From contig KZ537982.1 in NCBI GenBank assembly GCA_000934665.2, positions 124,001-188,000 on the forward strand: 64,000 bases of DNA. Reading direction: 5' to 3'. Source of the DNA: Catajapyx aquilonaris (Eukaryota). Each line of letters begins with the position of its first letter. The first letter of the stretch is position 1. Made by a program: the position numbers and the translations under genes. Positions 33,501-47,200 of the stretch are shown here, one piece after another. The notes under the pieces are model-generated. The model was not told the DNA's origin. It saw only the letters and a list, made by a program, of their open reading frames with translations, and did no database searches.

Positions 33501-36500
33501 GTCAACATACGCAGGAGTGACGAAAGTGGAGGGATAATATTATAAAATATTATCCTTCCAGGAAGCCTTGGGAGCCCGTTCGTAAGTACCGATCACCGTA
33601 AGTCAGGTCGTTCGTAAACCGGGGACCACCTGTATAAGGGAAATAAACAGAATGTGGTCAACTTACTATGCGCCACTGAAGTTAAATCTTGACAGTGAAG
33701 GCATATATTTAGGGCTCCTTGTATGAACAGTAGCTTTGGTTAACTGCAGAGTTAGCCCATGCACGAAAAGTAGTAAATTCCTTGGTTATTTTAAACCTGT
33801 GTTCGGAGACCAGTTCTTAGAGTGGTTCTTTGCTTTCAGGTCTTCGTGGAGCAGTGGCATTTGCACTGGCCATTCGCAACACGGTGTCGGATGCAAGGCA
33901 GATTTTGTTGACGACCACATCCTTGATAGCCATAGTGACTGTGGTGGTCTGTGGAGGAGCCACCATGCAACTGCTCACGTGGTTCAGGATTCCGTAAGTT
34001 CTCTAGCATGTCACATCACTCTACAATGTCCTACTGTTGTGTTGTGTGATACCATCATTTATTTCTGGGTTTCAGGGTTGGGATGGAAGAAGAAGTGGAA
34101 TCTCTGCAATATTCAGGTGTTCAGAGTGTGAGTATCAGTCATCTTAAATGGGCTGTGGGCTGTAGATTTAGCATATTGCTTTCACAATCTAGACTTAGGA
34201 GAGATGATGTAGATCATGCACATCAGCAGCATGCAGAATGCACGCATATTGTGCTGATTTGCTGAATTTCTTTGCTTTGTGATTGAAAACTGTGCTTAAG
34301 TCCTGCTTGATTTCCAACCACTAGCCCCTCACAACCATTAGATCAACACTAATAATAATCACTCTGCATGGCTTTTCCATAGGATAATGAAGCACTTCAT
34401 TACACTGTCAGTTCTTGCTGCTGATATGCATGTGATCATGACTAGTGTGCATTGTTCTTGAAAGTCCATGTGTCTCTGATTTATGTAGCTCTGACTTAGG
34501 TAGATAAAGACTTGCTTTAAAAAATTCCCATGTGTACAAAAATTTCTGACGCACAACATCTGTGAAACAAACTGGCAACATAAAATGCAGCCAATTGCAA
34601 ATAAATAAATAACCTGTTAAATGTTGGCTTGTAGCAACTCGGGCCTACCCACCTAGACTCAGTCTCTTGCTTAGTTGACACATGACAGACATTTGTAACC
34701 TGCTTCTGGGCGTTGTGGGGAACCATTCCCACTCACAATGGCCCCAATAATATGACAATGACTCCGGATCGATGTACAGTATAAGATACGCTATGATTGC
34801 ACAATTTTTAACAAGTTCCAAGTTTTGTAAAACTCGACTTATGTGTGATGCTGCGGAATGATTGACTTACATAAGTCAGGGACTTGCTGAAGTCCTTTTT
34901 TGGCACATAGCCAAAGTGTGGTCAGTTGCTTTGCTTTTACATCAGTCATTCATATTCTGCATGTTCCAGGTGTACAATACAATGGAGAATCAGAGGGTAT
35001 GTACATAGTGTTTCATTTGCATCTAATTGGGCGCAAGCTGTATTGTTTGCTTGGGGAAACAGAACTTCCCTATTCTGTGCAAGGCTAGCTAGTGCTATTG
35101 CATTTGAAGTGGTAGCAATTTAACAATGGGTGTGGTGCCAATACCTTAACAAAGCAGAGTAGTTTTGCAAAACTAATGCAGCCATGGCAAAGACGTGTTG
35201 AGAACATTTCACTAGTGTGTATACTATGTCTAGAAGGTTTGCTCTGTGGCATGCGTCATTTTCACTTGTGATAGCATGAGTGTGAAAATTGCCACTATTA
35301 GTCTTCCATCATTATCCATATAATTACAATATGGACAATTAATTTTTGACAAAGTTGTTGCATGATCGATATTTGGAAGGCTTTTTGGTAGGATATGTAC
35401 TACATGGACTGTGGGTATGGCTACAGTATCATGAGTTTAAAATGAAAACTTTGGAATCAATTAACATTGGACAGGGCAGCATGCTGACAGTGAGGCCACT
35501 ATGTGACATTGCAATGTATTCACCTGTATGGTGGATAGTTATGAAGCTATATGTTTTATTCACCTCTGGATTGCAAACTTGGCTCTTGAAGAGACGCTTA
35601 ACAAAATATTGGTGCATTGTAATTGGTGGAATGCACGTGGCATGTTCTCATATCGTCTTGCTCACTTAAGTGACTAGAAACTGACTGAAGGTTATTTATT
35701 AGCAGGGGCCTGAGATGCGTCCACTGGAAGGCAGCACTGTCAACACTGGCAGTGACAAGGCGTGGCTCGCAAGGGTGTGGCACGACTTTGATGTGCACTA
35801 CATGAAGCCTTTCCTTACTCACAGCAGGCCTACACTGTTGGAGACACTTCCTGTCAGCTGCACTCCCCTTGCTAGGCTACTCACCACCACCGAACAACTC
35901 ACTCAGGTATGAAATCTTTCTAAGATTTTATGTGCCGTTGTTTAGAGTTTGCCATTTCTCAAGTTGTGACTTCTCATTTGTGCAGGAATCACCAGATAAA
36001 CGCTACAACCTCTCTGATTCTGATCTCTGCCTTGATGAAAACGAGATGTGCACCGATGGGCAGAGGCATACCACAATTAGGGTGAGTTCAGTTGAAATGT
36101 TGGAAATTCTAAATGTTTGTAGGTGTGAGTCAGTCTCCATCCCCCACAATTTAATCATTTCTGTGTGGATTTTATTTGGCTTGTGCAATGACCTCTTTTT
36201 GTTACCCTAGCGGCAAAAGCCACAGGTTTAAGTACTCAATTAGAGCATGTTTGCACCCATTTGTGGACAAGATTATGCTCAGAAACGTTAAGAATTTACC
36301 TGTTTTTGGTAAGACCCCCCAACAAAGCGTACCGGATGTCTGTTCCTTGGGTTGTTGGATTTTCAGGCGAGAAAACTTTCGAATCTCTTTATACTTGCAT
36401 GCAACCCCAGGAGGATCCAGAAACACACAGTCAGCATAGTGTGGAAGCACACAACTTTATGTAAGGTCGGTCATCATTCCGAAGGTGCAGAAAAAATACT

Positions 36501-37944
36501 TTCGCTGCTGGTTTTAATAATTAATGTGTCCTGAGAAAATTCGTCTTGTAAATGGATGGCATCAAAGTAACGTTGCACCCATAACACTACTGTATAATTG
36601 TCTGCATTTGTATGACAGACAACTCTTTGAACATGGGAGGTAATGTGTATACTTACTAATCAAGTTATGTTTTCGGTCATGCTATGTTGCACTGTGGGAG
36701 TAGCATTTTTTTTTCTTTTCAGTATACATGTCCACGTCTTAATAATTTACTTGCACTCCTTCTTTACCTGTGGGTATATGGAGACAATAACTTGGGATAA
36801 ATGGGATAGAGTGTACCCCAGCAACAATAACTTACGAAGTACAGTAGGTTTTGCCAAACATCATTGATTTCCAAAATTTGTCAAGTTGTTATTTTGTTGA
36901 TTTATTTTTGAGCAGAACCTACTGCACGTTATGAACGAGGCTCACCTCATAATTGACTGGGTGTGCATGATATGGGTTTCTTTGCTAACTTTTGTAATCC
37001 AACTTCTCCTATGTATTTTACTCACTAGGTCATGTAGAGCTGGATGGTACATGTGCAACTTTTTTTCCCCTTTTCTCTTTTCAGCCTCAGTCTAAACCAA
37101 AAAGACCTGATATTCTCCTACTGAATGTGGTCTGACTGCTTGTGTACTGATATTTGAGTATGCTCGTTTCTTTATTTCTGTTCATGTTTTGCACTTGTGC
37201 TGCTCTGCCACTATTAGTTTCCAATACCAATGCATGGCTCTATGCTTTTTTGCTTTGACCTTCATCTTTCTTTTATGCATGAATTGCCTTGATTCACGCA
37301 TGCCTTTTATAGTGTGGTTCGACAAAATGATAGATGGCATTCAAAGTGGCCAATTGCATTGCAACAATTGCACATTCAGCGTATTGGTACAATGGTCTGT
37401 GTAAAAGACATTTGCTCAGTGCCTTCAGCAATGACTGGCAGTGTCTCACATTTACTTGGGCTGCTTCACATGTTGCTGACACATAATACAAGGCCCACTG
37501 TGTCATTGCTAGTTGTTACTAGAAACTAGGTAGTCCTTGGCCAACTCCCCACTACTGTAGCAAGGCTAATCATATTTGGTCTCTGCAAAAGCTAAAGTCG
37601 ATCTTCAGGCCAAATTTTTATGAAGGAATACTCTGCTATACAGTGCATGTGGTGAGTTGATAATGGATTACATAGTGTAGCACAATTGTACTAGAGGCCA
37701 AATACAAAGTAAGTAGGGAAACTTGCAAAGCATGTTGGAGAAGCTTCACACAAGCAGCCAGTTCTTGTGTTGGCCACAGATTGACACCAGTCTGCTCATT
37801 AGCAAAGATGGAGAAAGTATCAATGGTCACTTCAACTCTGCCTTTCAGAACGATCAGTTTCAAGCAGGCGACTTGGGACTGGGTACGGAGAGCACGATGC
37901 CAACTAGGGTTCGAGTCCCAGGCCCAGGTGGAGAGGAGTTATGA
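21503..37944 (+). CDS. Nhe3: Endosomal Na+/H+ exchanger (CPA1 family; Drosophila Nhe3 / vertebrate NHE6-7-9 clade)
   Basis: Exons 21503 (or 21527)-21773 (signal-like N-terminus, [19 protein letters not shown]), 31474-31706, 31918-31995 ([26 protein letters not shown]), 32083-32159, 32232-32441 ([28 protein letters not shown]), 32521-32668, 32745-32850, 32908-33222, 33840-33993 ([13 protein letters not shown]), 34076-34127, candidate 34970-34996, 35706-35906, 35986-36081, 37780-37944 (GDLGLG, stop). Exons of the cytoplasmic tail are less certain. Confidence 0.95.
23592..23799 (-). mobile_element. 5'-truncated non-LTR retroposon insertion with (GTT)n tail
   Basis: 14-bp direct repeat GGGTGCCTATAGCA at 23578-23591 and 23800-23813 flanks about 208 bp that begins with (AAC)n on +, i.e. 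a simple-repeat 3' tail on -. Confidence 0.75.
32669..32744 (+). other. U12-type (minor spliceosome) AT-AC intron
   Basis: 5' site ATATCCTTTT, branch site TTCCTTAAT (32724-32732), 3' end TCAC. Removal joins ...GSFTAL to [14 protein letters not shown] in frame, matching the conserved NHE6/7/9 sequence. Confidence 0.95.
33293..33632. mobile_element. Tigger/pogo-like (Tc1-mariner) MITE in an exchanger intron
   Basis: Imperfect terminal inverted repeats CAGTAGTCCCCAGTCTACGAACG and CGTTCGTAAACCGGGGACCACCTG, each flanked by TA; no transposase ORF. Confidence 0.75.
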
Positions 37945-39718
37945 TTGAGCCCATTCGTGATATCCAGCGCCAACTTGCGTTAGTGTGCCAGACCCCTCAG
38001 GTTGGGAGGTGTGGACCTTCTGGATCTTTTTTTTTTACAAGCCTCTAGTCAGGTTCTGGATATGGAAGAAGTGGAGGTGGTTTTGTTTCCTCACCACAGT
38101 GGAGATTAATTGTTGTCTCGCTTTATTGTGGTGCTGAGTGGCTTGTTGCTACACAGCACATCCTTTTTTTTTGTCTTGCAACCTTGTCTTGAAAGACACT
38201 GCTGAGTTTTGTACATATTTACACTCTGGAGATGCCAAAAGCAGGCCAGTTTTCTGTCTGCAGTAGTGTTTCTAGTCTGCATGAAAGAGAGAGAAAAAAA
38301 AAGGTGGCTGTGAAGAAACTTATTCACTGCAGGTGTCTTGCAGTGAACCAAAGTTTGTGAAGGACCTGAAACAAAGTCTTTTTTCTGTATCCAGTGTTGA
38401 TCATTTTGCACACTTTGTCACTGCAATTTCGTAACACATTACAAAGCAACATACATTGTTCGTATGGTAAAGGCATCAGTTAAATTCATATTGATTACAT
38501 TTTCCAATCCTTTCCTTGGTGTCTTAAGATTTTGCACAAAATACCGTGGCTCAAAAGAAAACTTGTTTCTCTTTTACCATTAAAAAATTCAGAGGTGGAA
38601 GACTTCATATGAACATTTTCGGTTACTTTTTTATGTTCGTTTTTGCAGTGTGTTGTGCCTGGAAGGGGATTTTTCACACCTCTCAACTTCAATATCTATT
38701 TGTATGTTAGTGTACAGTCTCTGGAAAACATTTTTTGTGTACATAGTAGTGTTACTGTTATCCCCAAAACTCATACGACTAGTTGAGATCTCTTTACAAG
38801 TGAATTCTTAGCCGCATGGTAGATTCAGCGAATTTTGTACATAGTTTTTGTACAGCATGATGGTGAAGGAAGTGAAATCCACATTTATAACATTGGTTAA
38901 AAGTTGCATAATTTTTTGTGGATAAGAAAAGCATGAATCCAGTATTTTTATCCCACGAAGAAAGCCAAAAAGAGTTATCAAGTGTAAAGCTAGTTAATTT
39001 ATTGCAGAGTTGTTGATGTTGGTTTATGACTGACAGTCTATAATGCAATTATTACAGTACCAGTTTGTAGTTTCAAAGGATTTCATTGCAAAGCGCTTGG
39101 TGAATTTTATATTCAATTATATGAGTATGCAAAATGATCCAGTTCTATGGATTTATTATGCCAGTAGCGAGAGACTGAGAGAGCGGAGTAGAGTAGAGTG
39201 AATGAAGTAAAAGTAGGTTTACACTCGTTTGAATTTTTACAGCAAAGTTGTTCAACACTTTTATTTAATTCTCATTGGGAATTGCCAGACAATCCGTGCA
39301 GTATTTTGTCCTCAGTCATCAGCACCTGAGGTTAATCAATGTTCTTCTATTTTTCTTCTCCATTTGGATACCTTCGGAACAAAAAAAAAAAAGAAAAAGC
39401 ATTGCCCTCACTTTTGTCCTACTTCCCAGTGGTTGTCGTGTGCGCTGTGTTTCCATTATCCTCACTTTAGATTGTCTCGAGGGTTTGACATCCTGAATTT
39501 GTTCTTCGGTTTTCAGGGGGGATTTATACAATAAATTTGTTAAAAATTCCCTCCTTAAATGTGATGTGGGAATTTTGAAAAAAATAATAAAATAATGGAG
39601 AGAGCCAACTGCTCTTTTATTTGTTTCCCATTGGGAATGTTGTTGCTGGGTATAATTATCTGAGTCATGGCAAGTTGTATGTTTGTGGCACTTTTTTAGC
39701 TGTCATGTTTGAAGGCGG

Positions 39719-42700
39719 TCAGACTTTGCCCATCCACCATTTGTGAGCGTGGCAAAGGTTGTCGCCATTCTCCACCAGCGGCAGGCATCGCCAGAATGTC
39801 ATCCGCTTGTGTGGCAGGTCAGTCTTCATTCCCAGGTCGAGGTTCAGGTTGTAGTACTTCATGCAATACGGACTTACAGGTTCCCATTGGGACAGCACGT
39901 CAAAGTCTCGCATCGGTGTTGGATTCCTGTAAGCAACATCGGGTGATACAGTACTCGTTATGGTGCAGACAGTGGCATGGTGCAGCACTATTGTATTGGA
40001 CATACCCATATTTGATGAAATTGGCCCACAATGTTGTCACGATGTCAATCATCCTGAAGTCATCATCTTGAGTCCGTGTTGCAGGGAAGAGTCTGTTGCC
40101 AAACAGGTACAGCAGCTCATCTTGCAGAGTAGGACCTGTCACAGACAGTGTTCGAGGACAATGAGGCTGTGGTATTAAGTTTTAATTTTTAACAAAATTG
40201 CCTGGGGTTCGAGCTACCAATTTCGACCCTCCATGAAACAAGTGTGTCCCAACTCGACTCCATCCTCAAAATAATGAGTCCGAATCGCACACTACAAAGT
40301 AGGTCTTCTCCCTCCCAACAAAGCCGGATGTCCCATTGTGGAATTGTGGTTTCATTATCGACAACGGAGATCGTGGCTGCGTGAGTGAGAGTGGTTGTAA
40401 CAAAGTTTGGAACCTCACATTATTTTTTCCCCCCACATAATATTCAAAGGTCCTCAAACATCTCAACAAATGTCATGTTAAAAAGGTAACATAAGGAAAA
40501 GGAAATAACATGTAAATCACAGTAGTTTGACCTTCGCAAATTTCTGCACCGGTCTACCTTGAGTATAAGGCAAGTGTAGAGTTTGGATCAGATTTTTTTT
40601 TTTTCCTTCCCTGGTAGCATTGTTGACTCCTGATAGTTCCGTCAACATATTAATCAGCAGAACATAGCCTATGATTTTACCGGTGGTGTACCCCCATAAT
40701 TACATCAAAACACATGGTATGACCAGTCTTGCAAAATTATTTTGCTACGAGCGAAACTCACAGCAGTTGGGATATAATTGAGCGAAACAAATCGGGAACA
40801 ATAATTCCTACAAGCCAATACTTCCGTCACTAATGCTCCATTATATTTTGTTAAGAAAGCATCCGCATATTCCTGGTAGAATCTCGTCACACTCTCTGGC
40901 CACTTTAATCTAAATCGTGACGTTGTCTACAGCTCACTATACCGCTAACTTCATAAGTGAAAGGCTCTTTTTATTGCTGCAATTGCATGACAGTATAATC
41001 CCCATCTAATTATATGCAAATTTTTTTACTCACCCAAATTGATGTCCTCTTCCCAGAAAGGCCGGACATACGTATTGTTGCCTCTATAAGTCAGACGATA
41101 CAGGTACGCGTTTCCTCCAGACAATGCATGTTGCCTAGCTGTTTCGTACACGGAGTAGTGGAACAGCCGATCAGAATACAGCTGCAATGAGGACTAGGTT
41201 TAAAACCGATTCTAAGAAACGTCGATCATTAATTCGGACGTACGTTAGTAAGAGCTCGCATGCTGTCCTGATTGATTGGCTTATTTCCGAAGTAAAATTC
41301 TCGGATGTCGTTGCTGACAGCATCCAGATCGGATGTCCTGTCCCGGTAATAATAGATGATTGGAAAAAGTCGCTCATATTGCGTGTCCAGCTCGTGTAGA
41401 AGCATCGTGTTGTTAATCAGACCTGAAAGTGGTGTAATTAAGCATACTGACAAATTGGACCGTAATTGTAGTGTCAAACCTATGATTTCTAGGAGACCAT
41501 CCTGGGCTGTGTTTCCGAGCAAGATTGGTATGTGGGCTGTGTCATTACTCTTGATGAGGTCGCTTGGAGGTTGGGCCAGGAACCTCTCACCTGGACCCAT
41601 TTCGACAGATGGAAGGAACACGTTGAACGGTGCCGTGTACCATTCCTACAAAATAAATTATACATGCAAATGTTCTGCAGGAGTGATGAACCAGAAGACT
41701 TACATGAAAGGCTGCGCTTTGCTGGACAATCACTGAGGCTGGAAGTCTCTGGAGACATTCCAGAAGCTCTTTGGAACTCTTCCAGCCGCAGTTGAGTAGA
41801 AGAGAGAGCTTCAGTGTTTGAGGTCTGGGGTTGACGACGTATGCCAGAGGGCTGAGGGCGGTGGCACTCTGCATGATGGCCCGATGGAACAGTCCTCTAG
41901 ACATGGGAGACATCATATGGAGATTGACTTGGCTGCCTCCAGTCACGCTGCCCATGATCGTCACCATGGAAGGATCGCCTCCAAACTTGTTAATGTGTCT
42001 CTGAACCCATCGAAGTGACTCGACCTGATCCTTCAACCCCATGTTGCCTTGAATTACGTGGTCACCAGTGCTCAAGTAACCTGCCGATGAATCAGGACAA
42101 TCAGAACACCAGTTCCACACCACGTATGACAAACTGACAAACCTAGCGCTCCTAGCCTGGAGTTGACAGTCACCAGGATGACATCATGGTTCATCAGGTG
42201 TTGAGGACTGTGGTACTGCCTATTTCCTGTGCCCCAAGCATAGGCTCCTCCATGGAAGAAGACCACCACTGGCAAAAGAGGTGGAGGACTCCCGTCTCTA
42301 GGAAGCTGGAATGCACCCTAATTAATTCCGATACCGGACATGTCTGAAGGCAAACACTTACTTGTGGAGTGTACACATTAAGATACAGGCAATCTTCCTC
42401 TCCAACTACAGCTTCTCCCTGGAAAGGGTCGATGCTGGGACAAAGTGGACCTTCTACTGTCCCATCACGCACAGTCGATCCCCACTTCGTTGCAGGCTGT
42501 GTAGGCTGAAAAGAGACAACAAGTGTTGAAAACTTCAAACCTATCTCTTTTCAAAAAGTTCTCCACATTTCAGAAACCTAGTGCAAAGTCCGGTTTTGTA
42601 GGTGTCTACTAGTGCAAGATCTACCTATGAGAATGCATCAGGACGTCAAGATACAATCCTGTTCATACACGCGGCTCGTACCTGCACCATTTGCAAATTA

Positions 42701-44272
42701 GTGCAGATAAGCCGATTTACATCATAATTCACTTTTGCGAACATGTCAGCTTAAGTGAAGTAGATAAGAATAGCCATTGTCAGTGGGTGTATTAAGCCAC
42801 ACACCACAAGTGCAACCAGTTGAATCTAGTTACTAGAGGCGATTATGCATCGTGCTGATTTGAGCCCAGATTAGAGAGTCTAATTCTTGAAGCCTGTGCA
42901 CATTCATCACGAAAATGAGAGGCGCTGGTTTTCCCCACGATACTTGTTGCGATACTCGAGGAAACGACATTGATATGACCACAATCTGACAGCAACTTCT
43001 TAAGAAGATGTCGTGACGAATTTCACGCTGATTGTGGGCGTTTTGGCAGAACTGTCAGGTCAGTAGTCTTCAACTACGAAGGACATGTTTTATAGTGTTC
43101 ATGTTAAAAAAAAGGGATGACGATGTGCTACAATGCGTCGGACATCCGGACACTTCCTGATGTCATTTGTCACTGGAAGTACTCGCACCAGTGACTTTGA
43201 CCTTGTTAAATTCATGAAGTGTGCCTGAATGACATTTGCTGTCATCAGTTACATAACCTGGGAAGATATCACGTATGTTTATGCGTGTGGTACACTGTAA
43301 ACAACGTGTGACTGTAATTAGGTCATTTCATAATGTCCTGAGAGACCGACCGTCACGGAAATGGCAAGCGAACAAATTCACTCATGCGTCTTAGCACCTG
43401 CACCACAGTCTTTCACGAAGATGTTACTTCATGTTGAGAAACTGACGTGAGAAGAATATAGTCTGCTCGTGCTATTCAGTGCTGAAGACGATTTGGCAAT
43501 ATGTCAACGGAAATACATAAAAATATGGCACATTAATTTTATTATCAGGACGACACACGTTTCGCACCTGCACTGCTGTGAATCTTCTTGAGACCGTACT
43601 CGCTCATTGTAAACACAAAGGTCACGCAACAAACCACACTTGACCTAACTCACGTCGCAATAATAAACCGAACAGGGGCCATGCCAAGCCGTCTGCTGAT
43701 AAAGGCAGATGGACCTAGGGCGAAGTGAAAGTCTGGAATCTGACCACACCCATGGCCATGATCTTGGAACGCAGTTAATCATAGTGGATATGACTCAGGA
43801 TTTTGGCGGTGAAAAAAGTCTGCGCATCCTGCCAATAAGGAAGCGGACGTGACCCCCTGAACCCAGCGTAAATGCCACTGTTTACTCAAACGCAATAACT
43901 GAGTGCGATAGGTCTTCGCGAGGACCTGTGACCAATTATTAAAGAACTCAATAATTCATAACAATTTACTGACTATAAGACCTTCTGTTGTATTATTGAT
44001 GACACCAGTCCTTGGATTGGTTTTATCTCCCTGATATACATGCACTTTCTCCATATAAAACCGTGCAGGTGGTAGCCTCCAGGATGACTTACCATGAACC
44101 GAAGTGATCCGGTCGGTGGTGTTGCGTAGGGCACCTTACCGAAGGAGTAAAAAGTCTTTCCTCTAGACGACACCTCCTTGGCCCCCCTGATGGCCCCTAG
44201 GTCCGTCAGCACCGTGGGCGCCTCCTGTGCCCACGTAGCACCCACGATAAGAAGAAGCACCGGCACCAACAT
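39719..44272 (-). CDS. Secreted carboxyl/cholinesterase-family protein 1, predicted non-catalytic
   Basis: Nine exons: 44272-44093, 42505-42362 (EDCLYLNVYTP), 42305-42143 (PVVVFFHGGAY, VTVNSRLGALG), 42080-41704 (GNMGLKDQ, FGGDP, GSVTGG), 41645-41480, 41422-41244, 41181-41034, 40135-40006 (WANFIKYG), 39926-39719. N-terminal signal peptide; frame intact. Confidence 0.92.
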
Positions 44273-47200
44273 TGTATGAGTCCGCTACCTGTAATAACAG
44301 TGGCCAAAAGTTGGTTAAAAAAGCAATGGTGCAACAAGGCGGAAAGCAGGTTTCGACAGCATCTTGTCGTACCCCCATTCGAATAATGTCACCCTTTCCT
44401 CGGCCTATTTATCGTTGTCCAATTAAGCCTAAGGGTTCGTTCACTTCTAAGAGTCTACAGGGTTATCTATAAAAATCAGTCTTGCAAGTAATTGAGGTCA
44501 AAACGTGTCCGGAGATAGGACTTGGATCCACCTTTCTCATTGCATTCGACGGAAGCCTTTTAATAAACGGCTCGAATAAGGTTAGAAAGTTTTTTTATAT
44601 ATTTTGTTCTCACGATGATGTAACAGGTACTGGGCATGTTTTTCGCCAAATTCTGACTGCCGGATTAGGGGTTTTGCAATGTATACATACATCGTAAATT
44701 TGAGAACCGGCATCGGATTGTTTGACTGGTGTTTGCAATACCTTTATGCAATAAGAAAATGCAAATGTGATGAGTCAGCTTGCATGAATATTTTACTAAT
44801 TTTTTATTATGTAATGGGCTGAGTGATTGAATGTTTGCACATATCTTCACTTTTAATTTTTTTCCCTTGCCAAATTTTTTTTAAAAATCAGAGCTTATAT
44901 TTGCAACTAAAAATAACTGCAAATTATGCAACTGAGCTCAAAACTGCTAAAACGGACCATTTGTCATAACATTTTACTTTAAAAAGTGACTTCATATTCA
45001 GCCCATTCATATATAGACATTACGTGCTCGACACAACAATAGGCTACGCCTATTGCGTTATTGCCTAAGGCACTTCCGTTTTTTTTTATTGTTACCTAAC
45101 TGCACGTGTTATATTACCACTAAACGCATATGATCATTGATAACACCTGCAAATAGGGTTTGTAGGTAGAAAAAATTCAGTGCCGACAACCGATTGCATC
45201 TGATATTAACCTACTCTATGGTTATATAGGTTAATCGGTTTTTCGTACAGAAAACAGTACCACGCACCATGTGTCCCATAAAATTTTTGTCTTCCCCCCG
45301 CCCCACCGCATCGATTCGAATCGCGGACAAAAGGTCGTCACGCCCCAAGAATTATTTTCAATTACAACTTACATTGAGTAACATGTACCACAGTTTTTGG
45401 GGTGGGAATTCTAACCATTTTAATCAAGATAATACAGCTCATATCAGAACAATTTGATCTCTCCTTGCGATCCTCGCACGCAAAATTCTCTTTTATATCC
45501 AACCAGTCCGACACTTTGTCCTACATACGACTAACCTAAAAACAGCTTTTATAAAAAAAAAATGTGATTTTAAATGACCACCACCTTTCGCTGAATGTAA
45601 ATTAAGCTATTAAAACAGAATTTTACGGTCTCATCTTGAGAAATTGGCCTACTTGCCTGGAACCTGCACCAATTTGGACATATGTAGGACCTTGGATAGA
45701 GCAAGGTTAGCTCACCTTGAGCAAGTTTAGTAATTAAATTCCTGATTATTTTTTTTAAAACTCGTACGTACACATACAAAGAAACATGTCCTCGGAGCCC
45801 TAATTTCTCTTATAAGTGACCAGAGAAATTGTAAGTGACCAAATTTTTTTTTCTGTTTTTCTGTCACACTCGAGCTAACTGGAAAGGGCAGGTCGTAGCC
45901 AGAGTGCAAACTGGTACGCCCGAACTTATTAGCCACGAAAAATGAAAAACCCTGACACGGCTCGATTATTGGCTGAATTGGCCAATAACTTCATTTCCAG
46001 GCGGAATTGCAACGCGGTCACTCCTGTTTGTCCGAAGAGGGGTCATAAACGATGAAGGTGGCGAATTCAGGAACTAGGAAATAGTAGTTGTCTTGAAAGT
46101 GCTGAGCTGGCTCCTGGCCAATTGTGACATTCGTTTATCAGGGGGGGTATGACTTATGTACAAAAATTATCAGCGTCTGGTTATTGAGTAGCACCAAAAT
46201 GTCATCGAAAAGCAAGTTCCCCACACTCTATTTATCATGCATGAATAGTACGTGAGAAGTCATCATATGCTCATGAAAGTGTGAACCCGAAATTCTACAC
46301 ACTTTAGTATGCCATACACAAACAAACGAACAAACTTTGCATTTTATTAGTTTTATAATTATTTAATTAAAACACAAGCTAGGGTGGTTGAAACAATCTG
46401 GTTCCTATTCAATCAGCGCCTATTTCTATGAACTATGTACTTTACCTGTTGTATGATCTGTGTAACTCCGAGCAGCGACGGGTTGTAACTGGGCCGCCTG
46501 TGATTCCACCAGTGGCTTTTTATGAAAGCTTGTCGCCTTCTGACTGGCGCTCACTGCGACTGTGAGGAAGAACCTTTGCCTGAAGGAATCAACCCATCCC
46601 AAAAATCACCGTTTTGCTAAGGCTCGCATTACGTATATGTTACGTAGGATGAATAACGGGATATGCGTCCTATACACAACCGGCTTAAAGATTAGCACGT
46701 GCCTACTTGGGACATCTGTGGGACAAACGGGGAATAAACCGGGGATTTTCTGTGGTTAGATGGAAATTCCGGCCGGATATTCATATTGGTTCCGGTGGTT
46801 TTCATGGGAGGGGCTGTTGGACGATTTTTGTTTGTTCGGTGATTAATTGGGAATCGGTTGTGCAAGGGATCGTGATTGCCACGATCGTGATTTGCGTCAA
46901 GGTGGGGGATACCAGGGCTTGGTCAGGGGATACAGATTGGCTATTTTGGACATGAAGGGTAATATATGGATGGGGAAACGCGTTTATACGATTTCCTGGT
47001 CGGAGGTTGACGTAATGTGTATTTAGTATAGATTCACGAATATCTACAACTTGTATGTATGCTATACTCACTACTATATGAATTGTTTGTAGCTGTTCCT
47101 GGAATTTAAATATATCCGGTAGTGAAGGAATTCCAATAAGCTTCATCCCAATTAAATAGTTTCTAGCTGAATAAGGAAATCGAGAATGTGATGTACTTCC

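Noticed and set aside
46445..47146. Minus-strand ORF and exon-like segment between the two esterase-like genes
   Set aside because: No similarity to esterases or any family I recognise, and no supported exon chain.
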